DNA of 64,000 nt, from NCBI GenBank assembly GCA_964016885.1, contig OZ024752.1, forward strand, positions 19,220,001-19,284,000, in the 5' to 3' direction. This document shows, piece by piece, positions 1-13,200 of this stretch. The notes below the pieces were generated by a model. That model made no database searches and was not told the DNA's origin. It saw only the letters and a program-made list of their open reading frames with translations. Position 1 is the first letter of the stretch. Each line of letters starts with the position of its first letter. The stretch comes from Eledone cirrhosa. Its lineage: Eukaryota. The position numbers and the translations under genes are program-made.

Positions 1-1254
1 AACTGAACCTCTTAACCACACAGCTATGCTATATGTATAAAACTGAACCCCTTAACCACACAGCTATGCTATATGTATAAAACTGAACTCCTTAATCACA
101 CAGCTATGCTATATGTATAAAACTGAACCCCTTAACCACACAGCTATGCTATATGTATAAAACTGAACCCCTTAACCACACAGCTATGCTATATGTATAA
201 AACTGAACCCCTTAACCACACAGCTATGCGATATGTATAAAACTGAACCCCTTAACCACACAGCTATGCTATATGTATAAAACTGACCCCTTAACCACAC
301 AGCTATGCTATATGTATAAAACTGACCCCTTAACCACACAGCTATGCTATATGTATAAAACTGAACCCCTTAACCACACAGCTATGCTATATGTATAAAA
401 CTGAACCCCTAAACCACACAGCTATGCTATATGTATAAAACTGAACCCCTTAACCACACAGCTATGCGATATGTATAAAACTGAACCCCTTAACCACACA
501 GCTATGCTATATGTATATAACTGAACCCCTTAACCACACAGCTATGCTATATGTATATAACTGAACCCCTTAACCACACAGCTATGCTATATGCATAAAA
601 CTGAACCCCTTAACCACACAGCTATGCTATATGTGTAAAACTGAACCCCTTAACCAGACAGCTATGCTATATGTATGAAACTGAACCCCTTAACCACACA
701 GCTATGCTATATGTATAAAACTGAAACCCTTAACCACACAGAAATGCTATATGTATAAAACTGAACTCCTTAACCACACAGCTATGCTATATGTATGAAA
801 CTGAACCCCTTAACCACACAGCTATGCTATATGTATAAAACTGAACCCCTTAACCACACAGCTATGCTATATGTATAAAACTGAACCCCTTAGCCACACA
901 GCTATGCTATATGTATAAAACTGAACCCCTTAGCCACACAGCTATGTATATGTATAAAACTGAACCCCTTAGCCACACAGCTATGTATATGTATAAAACT
1001 GAACCCCTTAACCACACAGCTATGCTATATGTATAAAACTGAACCCCTTAACCACACAGCTATGCGATATGTATAAAACTGAAACCCTTAACCACACAGC
1101 TATGCTATATGTATATAACTGAACCCCTTAACCACACAGCTATGCTATATGCATAAAACTGAACCCCTTAACCACACAGCTATGCTATATGTATAAAACT
1201 GAACCCCTTAACCACACAGCTATGCTATATGTATAAAACTGAACCCCTTAACCA

Positions 1255-4200
1255 CACAGGTATGCTATATGTATAAAACTGACACCTTAACCAAACAGCT
1301 ATGCTATATGTATAAAACAGAACCCCTTAACCACACAGCTATGCTATATGTATAAAACTGAACCCTTTAACCACACAGCTATGCTACATGTATAAAACTG
1401 AACCCCTTAACCACACAGCTATGCTATATGTATAAAACTGAAACCCTTAACCACACAGAAATGCTATATGTATAAAACTGAACTCCTTAACCACACAGCT
1501 ATGCTATATATATGAAACTGAACCCCTTAACCACACAGCTATGCTATATGTATAAAACTGAAAGCCTTAACCACACAGCTATGCTATATGTATAAAACTG
1601 AACCCCTTAACCACACAGCTATGCTATATGTATAAAACTGAACCCCTTAGCCACACAGCTATGTATATGTATAAATTTGAACCCCTTAGCCACACAGCTA
1701 TGTATATGTATAAAACTGAACCCCTTAACCACACAGCTATGCTATATGTATAAAACTGAACCCCTTAACCACACAGCTATGCTATATGTATAAAACTGAA
1801 CCCCTTAACTACACAGCTATGCTATACGTATAAAACTGAACCCCTTAACCACACAGCTATGCTATATGTATAAAACTGAACCCCTTAACCACACAGCTAT
1901 GCTATATGTATAAAACTGAACCCCTTAACCACACAGCTATGCTATATGTATAAAACTGAACCCCTTAACCACACAGCTATGCTATATGTATAAAACTGAA
2001 CCCCTTAACCACACAGCTATGCTATATGTATAAAACTGAACCCCTTAACCACACAGCTATGCTATATGTATAAAACTGAACCCCTTAACCACACAGCTAT
2101 GCTATATGTATAAAACTGAACCCCTTAACCACACAGCTATGCTATATGTATGAAACTGAACTCCTTAATCACACAGCTATGCTATATGTATAAAACTGAA
2201 CCCCTTAACCACACAGCTATGCTATATGTATAAAACTGAACCCCTTAACCACACAGCTATGCTATATGTATAAAACTGAACCCCTTAACCACACAGCTAT
2301 GCGATATGTATAAAACTGAACCCCTTAACCACACAGCTATGCTATATGTATAAAACTGACCCCTTAACCACACAGCTATGCTATATGTATAAAACTGACC
2401 CCTTAACCACACAGCTATGCTATATGTATAAAACTGAACCCCTTAACCACACAGCTATGCTATATGTATAAAACTGAACCCCTAAACCACACAGCTATAC
2501 TATATGTATAAAACTGAACCCCTTAACCACACAGCTATGCGATATGTATAAAACTGAACCCCTTAACCACACAGCTATGCTATATGTATATAACTGAACC
2601 CTTTAACCACACAGCTATGCTATATGTATATAACTGAACCCCTTAACCACACAGCTATGCTATATGCATAAAACTGAACCCCTTAACCACACAGCTATGC
2701 TATATGTGTAAAACTGAACCCCCTAACCAGGCAGCTATGCTATATGTATGAAACTGAACCCCTTAACCACACAGCTATGCTATATGTATAAAACTGAAAC
2801 CCTTAACCACACAGGTATGCTATATGTATAAAACTGACACCTTAACCAAACAGCTATGCTATATGTATAAAACAGAACCCCTTAACCACACAGCTATGCT
2901 ATATGTATAAAACTGAACCCTTTAACCACACAGCTATGCTACATGTATAAAACTGAACCCCTTAACCACACAGCTATGCTATATGTATAAAACTGAAACC
3001 CTTAACCACACAGAAATGCTATATGTATAAAACTGAACTCCTTAACCACACAGCTATGCTATATATATGAAACTGAACCCCTTAACCACACAGCTATGCT
3101 ATATGTATAAAACTGAAAGCCTTAACCACACAGCTATGCTATATGTATAAAACTGAACCCCTTAACCACACAGCTATGCTATATGTATAAAACTGAACCC
3201 CTTAGCCACACAGCTATGTATATGTATAAATTTGAACCCCTTAGCCACACAGCTATGTATATGTATAAAACTGAACCCCTTAACCACACAGCTATGCTAT
3301 ATGTATAAAACTGAACCCCTTAACCACACAGCTATGCTATATGTATAAAACTGAACCCCTTAACTACACAGCTATGCTATACGTATAAAACTGAACCCCT
3401 TAACCACACAGCTATGCTATATGTATAAAACTGAACCCCTTAACCACACAGCTATGCTATATGTATAAAACTGAACCCCTTAACCACACAGCTATGCTAT
3501 ATGTATAAAACTGAACCCCTTAACCACACAGCTATGCTATATGTATAAAACTGAACCCCTTAACCACACAGCTATGCTATATGTATAAAACTGAACCCCT
3601 TAACCACACAGCTATGCTATATGTATAAAACTGAACCCCTTAACCACACAGCTATGCTATATGTATGAAACTGAACTCCTTAATCACACAGCTATGCTAT
3701 ATGTATAAAACTGAACCCCTTAACCACACAGCTATGCTATATGTATAAAACTGAACCCCTTAACCACACAGCTATGCTATATGTATAAAACTGAACCCCT
3801 TAACCACACAGCTATGCGATATGTATAAAACTGAACCCCTTAACCACACAGCTATGCTATATGTATAAAACTGACCCCTTAACCACACAGCTATGCTATA
3901 TGTATAAAACTGACCCCTTAACCACACAGCTATGCTATATGTATAAAACTGAACCCCTTAACCACACAGCTATGCTATATGTATAAAACTGAACCCCTAA
4001 ACCACACAGCTATGCTATATGTATAAAACTGAACCCCTTAACCACACAGCTATGCGATATGTATAAAACTGAACCCCTTAACCACACAGCTATGCTATAT
4101 GTATATAACTGAACCCTTTAACCACACAGCTATGCTATATGTATATAACTGAACCCCTTAACCACACAGCTATGCTATATGCATAAAACTGAACCCCTTA

Positions 4201-4310
4201 ACCACACAGCTATGCTATATGTGTAAAACTGAACCCCCTAACCAGGCAGCTATGCTATATGTATGAAACTGAACCCCTTAACCACACAGCTATGCTATAT
4301 GTATAAAACT
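1255..4310 (+). repeat. Tandem higher-order duplication, period 1555 bp (39 monomers), shifting to 1515 bp after loss of one plain monomer
   Basis: Rare variants recur at +1555: CAGGTATG 1260/2815, GCTACATG 1387/2942, GAAAGCC 1564/3119, TATACGTA ~1826/~3381. They then recur at +1515: TATGAAACTGAACTCC 2152/3667, CCAGGCAG ~2730/~4245. Confidence 0.9.
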
Positions 4311-7300
4311 GAAACCCTTAACCACACAGAAATGCTATATGTATAAAACTGAACTCCTTAACCGCACAGCTATGCTATATGTATGAAACTGAACCCCTTA
4401 ACCACACAGCTATGCTATATGTATAAAACGGAACCCCTTAACCACACAGCTATGCTATATGTATAAAACTGAACCCCTGAACCACACAGCTATGCTATAT
4501 GTATAAAACTGAACCCCTTAACCACACAGCTATGCTATATGTATAAAACTGAACCTCTTAACCACACAGGTATGCTATATGTATAAAACTGACACCTTAA
4601 CCAAACAGCTATGCTATATGTATAAAACAGAACCCCTTAACCACACAGCTATGCTATATGTATAAAACTGAACCCCTTAACCACACAGCTATGCTATATG
4701 TATAAAACTGAACCCCTTAACCACACAGCTATGCTATATGTATAAAACTGAACCCCTTAACCACACAGCTATGCTATATGTATGAAACTGAACCCCTTAA
4801 CCACACAGCTATGCTATATGTATAAAACTGAACCCCTTAACCACACAGCTATGCTATATGTATAAAACTGAACTCCTTAATCACACAGCTATGCTATATG
4901 TATAAAACTGAACCCCTTAACCACACAGCTATGCTATATGTATAAAACTGAACCCCTTAACCACACAGCTATGCTATATGTATAAAACTGAACCCCTTAA
5001 CCACACAGCTATGCTATATGTATAAAACTGACACCTTAACCACACAGCTATGCTATATGTATAAAACTGAACTCCTTAATCACACAGCTATGCTATATGT
5101 ATAAAACTGAACCCCTTAACCACACAGCTATGCTATATGTATAAAACTGAACCCCTTAACCACACAGCTATGCTATATGTATAAAACTGAACCCCTAAAC
5201 CACACAGCTATGCTATATGTATAAAACTGAATCCCTTAACCACACAGCTATGCGATATGTATAAAACTGAACCCCTTAACCACACAGCTATGCTATATGT
5301 ATAAAACTGAACTCCTTAATCACACAGCTATGCTATATGTATAAAACTGAACCCCTTAACCACACAGCTATGCTATATGTATAAAACTGAACCCCTTAAT
5401 CACACAGCTATGCTATATGTATAAAACTGAACCCCTTAACCACACAACTATGCGATATGTATAAAACTGAACCCCTTAACCACACAGCTATGCTATATGT
5501 ATATAACTGAACCCCTAAACCACACAGCTATGCTATATGTATAAAACTGACACCTTAACCACACAGCTATGCGATATGTATAAAACTGAACCCCTTAACC
5601 ACACAGCTATGCTATATGCATAAAACTGAACCCCTAAACCACACAGCTATGCTATATGTATAAAACTGAACCCCTTAACCACACAGCTATGCGATATGTA
5701 TAAAACTGAACCCCTTAACCACACAGCTATGCTATATGTATAAAACTGAACCCCTTAACCACACAGCTATGCTATATGTATAAAACTGAACCCCTTAACC
5801 ACACAGCTATGCTATATGTATAAAACTGAACCCCTTAACCACACAGCTATGCTATATGTATAAAACTGAACCCCTTAACCACACAGCTATGCTATATGTA
5901 TAAAACTGAACCCCTTAACCACACAGCTATGCTATATGCATAAAACTGAACCCCTTAACCACACAGCTATGCTATATGTATAAAACTGAACCCCTTAACC
6001 ACACAGCTATGCTATATGTATAAAACTGAACCCCTTAACCACACAGCTATGCTATATGTATAAAACTGAACCCCTTAACCACACAGCTATGCTATATGCA
6101 TAAAACTGAACCCCTTAACCACACAGCTATGCTATATGTATAAAACTGAACCCCTTAACCACACAGCTATGCTATATGGATAAAACTGAACCCCTTAACC
6201 ACACAGCTATGCTATATGTATAAAACTGAACCCCTTAACCACACAGCTATGCTATATGTATAAAACTGAACCCCTTAACCACACAGCTATGCTATATGTA
6301 TAAAACTGAACCCCTTAACCACACAGCTATGCTATATGCATAAAACTGAACCCCTTAACCACACAGCTATGCTATATGTATAAAACTGAACCCCTTAACC
6401 ACACAGCTATGCTATATGCATAAAACTGAACCCCTTAACCACACAGCTATGCTATATGTATAAAACTGAACCCCTTAACCACACAGCTATGCTATATGTA
6501 TAAAACTGAACCCCTTAACCACACAGCTATGCTATATGTATAAAACTGAACACCTTAACCACACAGCTATGCTATATGCATAAAACTGAACCCCTTAACC
6601 ACACAGCTATGCTATATGTATAAATTTGAACCCCTTAGCCACACAGCTATGCTATATGTATAAAACTGAACCCCTTAACCACACAGCTATGCTATATGTA
6701 TAAAACTGAACCCCTTAACCACACAGCTATGCTATATGTATAAAACTGAACCCCTTAACTACACAGCTATGCTATATGTATAAAACTGAACCCCTTAACC
6801 ACACAGCTATGCTATATGTACATAACTGAACCCCTTAACCACACAGCTATGCTATATGCATAAAACTGAACCCCTTAACCACACAGCTATGCTATATGTA
6901 CATAACTGAACCCCTTAACCACACAGCTATGCTATATGTATAAAACTGACACCTTAACCACACAGCTATGCTATATGTATAAAACTGAACCCCTTAACCA
7001 CACAGCTATGCTATATGTATAAAACTGAACCCCTTAACTACACAGCTATGCTATATGTATAAAACAGAACCCCTTAACCACACAGCTATGCTATATGTAT
7101 AAAACTGAACCCCTTAACCACACAGCTATGCTATATGTATAAAACTGAACCCCTTAACCACACAGCTATGCTATATGTATGAAACTGAACCCCTTAGCCA
7201 CACAGCTATGCTATATGTATAAAACTGAAACCCTTAACCACACAGCTATGCTATATGTATAAAACTGACCCCTTAACCACACAGCTATGCTATATGTATA

Positions 7301-9559
7301 AAACTGAACCCCTTAACCACACAGCTATGCTATATGTATAAAACTGAACCCCTTAACCACACAGCTATGCTATATGTAGAAAACTGAACCCCTTAACCAC
7401 ACAGCTATGCTATATGTAGAAAACTGAACCCCTTAACCACACAGCTATGCTATATGTATAAAACTGAACCCCTTAACCACACAGCTATGCTATATGTATA
7501 AAACTGAACCCCTTAACCACACAGCTATGGTATATGTATAAAACTGAACCCCTTAACCACACAGCTATGCTATATGTATAAAACTGAACCCCTTAACCAC
7601 ACAGCTATGCTATATGTATAAAACTGAACCCCTTAACCACACAGCTATGCTATATGTATAAAACTGAACCCCTTAACCACACAGCTATGCAATATGTATA
7701 AAACTGAACCCCTTAACCACACAGCTATGCTATATCTATAAAACTGAACCCCTTAACCACACAGCTATGCTTTATGTATAAAACTGAACCCCTTAACCAC
7801 ACAGCTATGCTATATGTATAAAACTGAACCCCTTAACCACACAGCTATGATATATGTATAAAACGGAATACCTTAACCACACAGCTATGCTATATGTATA
7901 AAACTGAACCCCTGAACCACACAGCTATGCTATATGTACATAACTGAACCCCTTAACCACACAGCTATGCTATATGTACATAACTGAACCCCTTAACCAC
8001 ACAGCTATGCTATATGTATAAAACTGAACCCCTTAACCACACAGCTATGCTATATGTATAAAACGGAACCCCTTAACCACACAGCTATGCTATATGTATA
8101 AAACTGAACCCCTGAACCACACAGCTATGCTATATGTATAAAACTGAACCCCTTAACCACACAGCTATGCTATATGTATAAAACTGAACCCCTTAACCAC
8201 ACAGGTATGCTATATGTATAAAACTGACACCTTAACCAAACAGCTATGCTATATGTATAAAACAGAACCCCTTAACCACACAGCTATGCTATATGTATAA
8301 AACTGAACCCCTTAACCACACAGCTATGCTATATGTATAAAACTGAACCCCTTAACCACACAGCTATGCTATATGTATAAAACTGAACCCCTTAACCACA
8401 CAGCTATGCTATATGTATGAAACTGAAACCCTTAACCACACAGCTATGCTATATGTATAAAACTGAACCCCTTAACCACACAGCTATGCTATATGTATAA
8501 AACTGAACTCCTTAATCACACAGCTATGCTATATGTATAAAACTGAACCCCTTAACCACACAGCTATGCTATATGTATAAAACTGAACCCCTTAACCACA
8601 CAGCTATGCTATATGTATAAAACTGAACCCCTTAACCCCACAGCTATGCTATATGTATAAAACTGACACCTTAACCACACAGCTATGCTATATGTATAAA
8701 ACTGAACTCCTTAATCACACAGCTATGCTATATGTATAAAACTGAACCCCTTAACCACACAGCTATGCTATATGTATAAAACTGAACCCCTTAACCACAC
8801 AGCTATGCTATATGTATAAAACTGAACCCCTAAACCACACAGCTATGCTATATGTATAAAACTGAATCCCTTAACCACACAGCTATGCGATATGTATAAA
8901 ACTGAACCCCTTAACCACACAGCTATGCTATATGTATAAAACTGAACTCCTTAATCACACAGCTATGCTATATGTATAAAACTGAACCCCTTAACCACAC
9001 AGCTATGCTATATGTATAAAACTGAACCCCTTAACCACACAGCTATGCTATATGTATAAAACTGAACCCCTTAACCACACAGCTATGCGATATGTATAAA
9101 ACTGAACCCCTTAACCACACAGCTATGCTATATGTATATAACTGAACCCCTAAACCACACAGCTATGCTATATGTATAAAACTGACACCTTAACCACACA
9201 GCTATGCGATATGTATAAAACTGAACCCCTTAACCACACAGCTATGCTATATGTATAAAACTGAACCCCTAAACCACACAGCTATGCTATATGTATAAAA
9301 CTGAACCCCTTAACCACACAGCTATGCGATATGTATAAAACTGAACCCCTTAACCACACAGCTATGCTATATGTATAAAACTGAACCCCTTAACCACACA
9401 GCTATGCTATATGTATAAAACTGAACCCCTTAACCACACAGCTATGCTATATGTATAAAACTGAACCCCTTAACCACACAGCTATGCTATATGTATAAAA
9501 CTGAACCACTTAACCACACAGCTATGCTATATGTATAAAACTGAACCCCTTAACCACAC

Positions 9560-10240
9560 AGCTATGCTATATGCATAAAACTGAACCCCTTAACCACACA
9601 GCTATGCTATATGTATAAAACTGAACCCCTTAACCACACAGCTATGCTATATGTATAAAACTGAACCCCTTAACCACACAGCTATGCTATATGTATAAAA
9701 CTGAACCCCTTAACCACACAGCTATGCTATATGCATAAAACTGAACCCCTTAACCACACAGCTATGCTATATGTATAAAACTGAACCCCTTAACCACACA
9801 GCTATGCTATATGCATAAAACTGAACCCCTTAACCACACAGCTATGCTATATGTATAAAACTGAACCCCTTAACCACACAGCTATGCTATATGTATAAAA
9901 CTGAACCCCTTAACCACACAGCTATGCTATATGTATAAAACTGAACCCCTTAACCACACAGCTATGCTATATGCATAAAACTGAACCCCTTAACCACACA
10001 GCTATGCTATATGTATAAAACTGAACCCCTTAACCACACAGCTATGCTATATGCATAAAACTGAACCCCTTAACCACACAGCTATGCTATATGTATAAAA
10101 CTGAACCCCTTAACCACACAGCTATGCTATATGTATAAAACTGAACCCCTTAACCACACAGCTATGCTATATGTATAAAACTGAACCCCTTAACCACACA
10201 GCTATGCTATATGCATAAAACTGAACCCCTTAACCACACA
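9560..10240 (+). repeat. 240-bp (6-monomer, 4+2) higher-order repeat marked by the ATGCAT variant; recurs at ~5.9-6.6, 13.6-14.3, 18.6-19.3, 25.5-26.2, 29.6-30.3, 34.6-35.2, 41.7-42.4, 44.1-44.7, 48.1-48.8 and 61.2-61.85 kb
   Basis: The T>C variant (TATGCATA, NsiI site) occurs at 9574, 9734, 9814, 9974, 10054 and 10214, giving spacings of 160, 80, 160, 80, 160. Confidence 0.9.
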
Positions 10241-13200
10241 GCTATGCTATATGTATAAATTTGAACCCCTTAGCCACACAGCTATGCTATATGTATAAAA
10301 CTGAACCCCTTAACCACACAGCTATGCTATATGTATAAAACTGAACCCCTTAACCACACAGCTATGCTATATGTATAAAACTGAACCCCTTAACTACACA
10401 GCTATGCTATATGTATAAAACTGAACCCCTTAACCACACAGCTATGCTATATGTACATAACTGAACCCCTTAACCACACAGCTATGCTATATGCATAAAA
10501 CTGAACCCCTTAACCACACAGCTATGCTATATGTACATAACTGAACCCCTTAACCACACAGCTATGCTATATGTATAAAACTGACACCTTAACCACACAG
10601 CTATGCTATATGTATAAAACTGAACCCCTTAACCACACAGCTATGCTATATGTATAAAACTGAACCCCTTAACTACACAGCTATGCTATATGTATAAAAC
10701 AGAACCCCTTAACCACACAGCTATGCTATATGTATAAAACTGAACCCCTTAACCACACAGCTATGCTATATGTATAAAACTGAACCCCTTAACCACACAG
10801 CTATGCTATATGTATGAAACTGAACCCCTTAGCCACACAGCTATGCTATATGTATAAAACTGAAACCCTTAACCACACAGCTATGCTATATGTATAAAAC
10901 TGACCCCTTAACCACACAGCTATGCTATATGTATAAAACTGAACCCCTTAACCACACAGCTATGCTATATGTATAAAACTGAACCCCTTAACCACACAGC
11001 TATGCTATATGTAGAAAACTGAACCCCTTAACCACACAGCTATGCTATATGTAGAAAACTGAACCCCTTAACCACACAGCTATGCTATATGTATAAAACT
11101 GAACCCCTTAACCACACAGCTATGCTATATGTATAAAACTGAACCCCTTAACCACACAGCTATGGTATATGTATAAAACTGAACCCCTTAACCACACAGC
11201 TATGCTATATGTATAAAACTGAACCCCTTAACCACACAGCTATGCTATATGTATAAAACTGAACCCCTTAACCACACAGCTATGCTATATGTATAAAACT
11301 GAACCCCTTAACCACACAGCTATGCAATATGTATAAAACTGAACCCCTTAACCACACAGCTATGCTATATGTATAAAACTGAACCCCTTAACCACACAGC
11401 TATGCTTTATGTATAAAACTGAACCCCTTAACCACACAGCTATGCTATATGTATAAAACTGAACCCCTTAACCACACAGCTATGATATATGTATAAAACG
11501 GAATCCCTTAACCACACAGCTATGCTATATGTATAAAACTGAACCCCTGAACCACACAGCTATGCTATATGTACATAACTGAACCCCTTAACCACACAGC
11601 TATGCTATATGTACATAACTGAACCCCTTAACCACACAGCTATGCTATATGTATAAAACTGAACCCCTTAACCACACAGCTATGCTATATGTATAAAACT
11701 GAACCCCTTAACCACACAGCTATGCGATATGTATAAAACTGAACCCCTTAACCACACAGCTATGCTATATGTATAAAACTGACCCCTTAACCACACAGCT
11801 ATGCTATATGTATAAAACTGACCCCTTAACCACACAGCTATGCTATATGTATAAAACTGAACCCCTTAACCACACAGCTATGCTATATGTATAAAACTGA
11901 ACCCCTAAACCACACAGCTATGCTATATGTATAAAACTGAACCCCTTAACCACACAGCTATGCGATATGTATAAAACTGAACCCCTTAACCACACAGCTA
12001 TGCTATATGTATATAACTGAACCCCTTAACCACACAGCTATGCTATATGTATATAACTGAACCCCTTAACCACACAGCTATGCTATATGCATAAAACTGA
12101 ACCCCTTAACCACACAGCTATGCTATATGTGTAAAACTGAACCCCCTAACCAGACAGCTATGCTATATGTATGAAACTGAACCCCTTAACCACACAGCTA
12201 TGCTATATGTATAAAACTGAAACCCTTAACCACACAGAAATGCTATATGTATAAAACTGAACTCCTTAACCACACAGCTATGCTATATGTATGAAACTGA
12301 ACCCCTTAACCACACAGCTATGCTATATGTATAAAACGGAACCCCTTAACCACACAGCTATGCTATATGTATAAAACTGAACCCCTGAACCACACAGCTA
12401 TGCTATATGTATAAAACTGAACCCCTTAACCACACAGGTATGCTATATGTATAAAACTGACACCTTAACCAAACAGCTATGCTATATGTATAAAACAGAA
12501 CCCCTTAACCACACAGCTATGCTATATGTATAAAACTGAACCCCTTAACCACACAGCTATGCTATATGTATAAAACTGAACCCCTTAACCACACAGCTAT
12601 GCTATATGTATAAAACTGAACCCCTTAACCACACAGCTATGCTATATGTATAAAACTGAACCCCTTAACCACACAGCTATGCTATATGTATAAAACTGAA
12701 CCCCTTAACCACACAGCTATGCTATATGTATAAAACTGACACCTTAACCACACAGCTATGCTATATGTATAAAACTGAACTCCTTAATCACACAGCTATG
12801 CTATATGTATAAAACTGAACCCCTTAACCACACAGCTATGCTATATGTATAAAACTGAACCCCTTAACCACACAGCTATGCTATATGTATAAAACTGAAC
12901 CCCTAAACCACACAGCTATGCTATATGTATAAAACTGAATCCCTTAACCACACAGCTATGCGATATGTATAAAACTGAACCCCTAAACCACACAGCTATG
13001 CTATATGTATAAAACTGAACTCCTTAATCACACAGCTATGCTATATGTATAAAACTGAACCCCTTAACCACACAGCTATGCTATATGTATAAAACTGAAC
13101 CCCTTAACCACACAGCTATGCTATATGTATAAAACTGAACCCCTTAACCACACAGCTATGCGATATGTATAAAACTGAACCCCTTAACCACACAGCTATG

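Noticed and set aside
36-42. TATAAAA TATA-box-like motif in each monomer as a promoter
   Set aside because: It is a short AT-rich match with no downstream gene or other promoter context, and it is freely mutated (TATGAAA, TAGAAAA, CATAAAA). It cannot be supported without transcription data.
48-57. G-quadruplex or i-motif from GGTTAAGGGG / CCCCTTAACC
   Set aside because: There is only one G4 tract and one G2 tract per 40 bp. A canonical quadruplex would need loops of 30 nt or more, so the potential is weak.
33-80. Repeated micro-ORF ATG TAT AAA ACT GAA CCC CTT AAC CAC ACA GCT ATG CTA TAT GTA TAA (MYKTEPLNHTAMLYV*), or a long repeat-protein CDS
   Set aside because: It is only 15 codons and expected by chance. 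Because 40 is not a multiple of 3, all frames meet TGA/TAA (+) or TAG/TAA (-) within about 3 monomers. Frameshifting deletions and nonsynonymous variants are tolerated freely.
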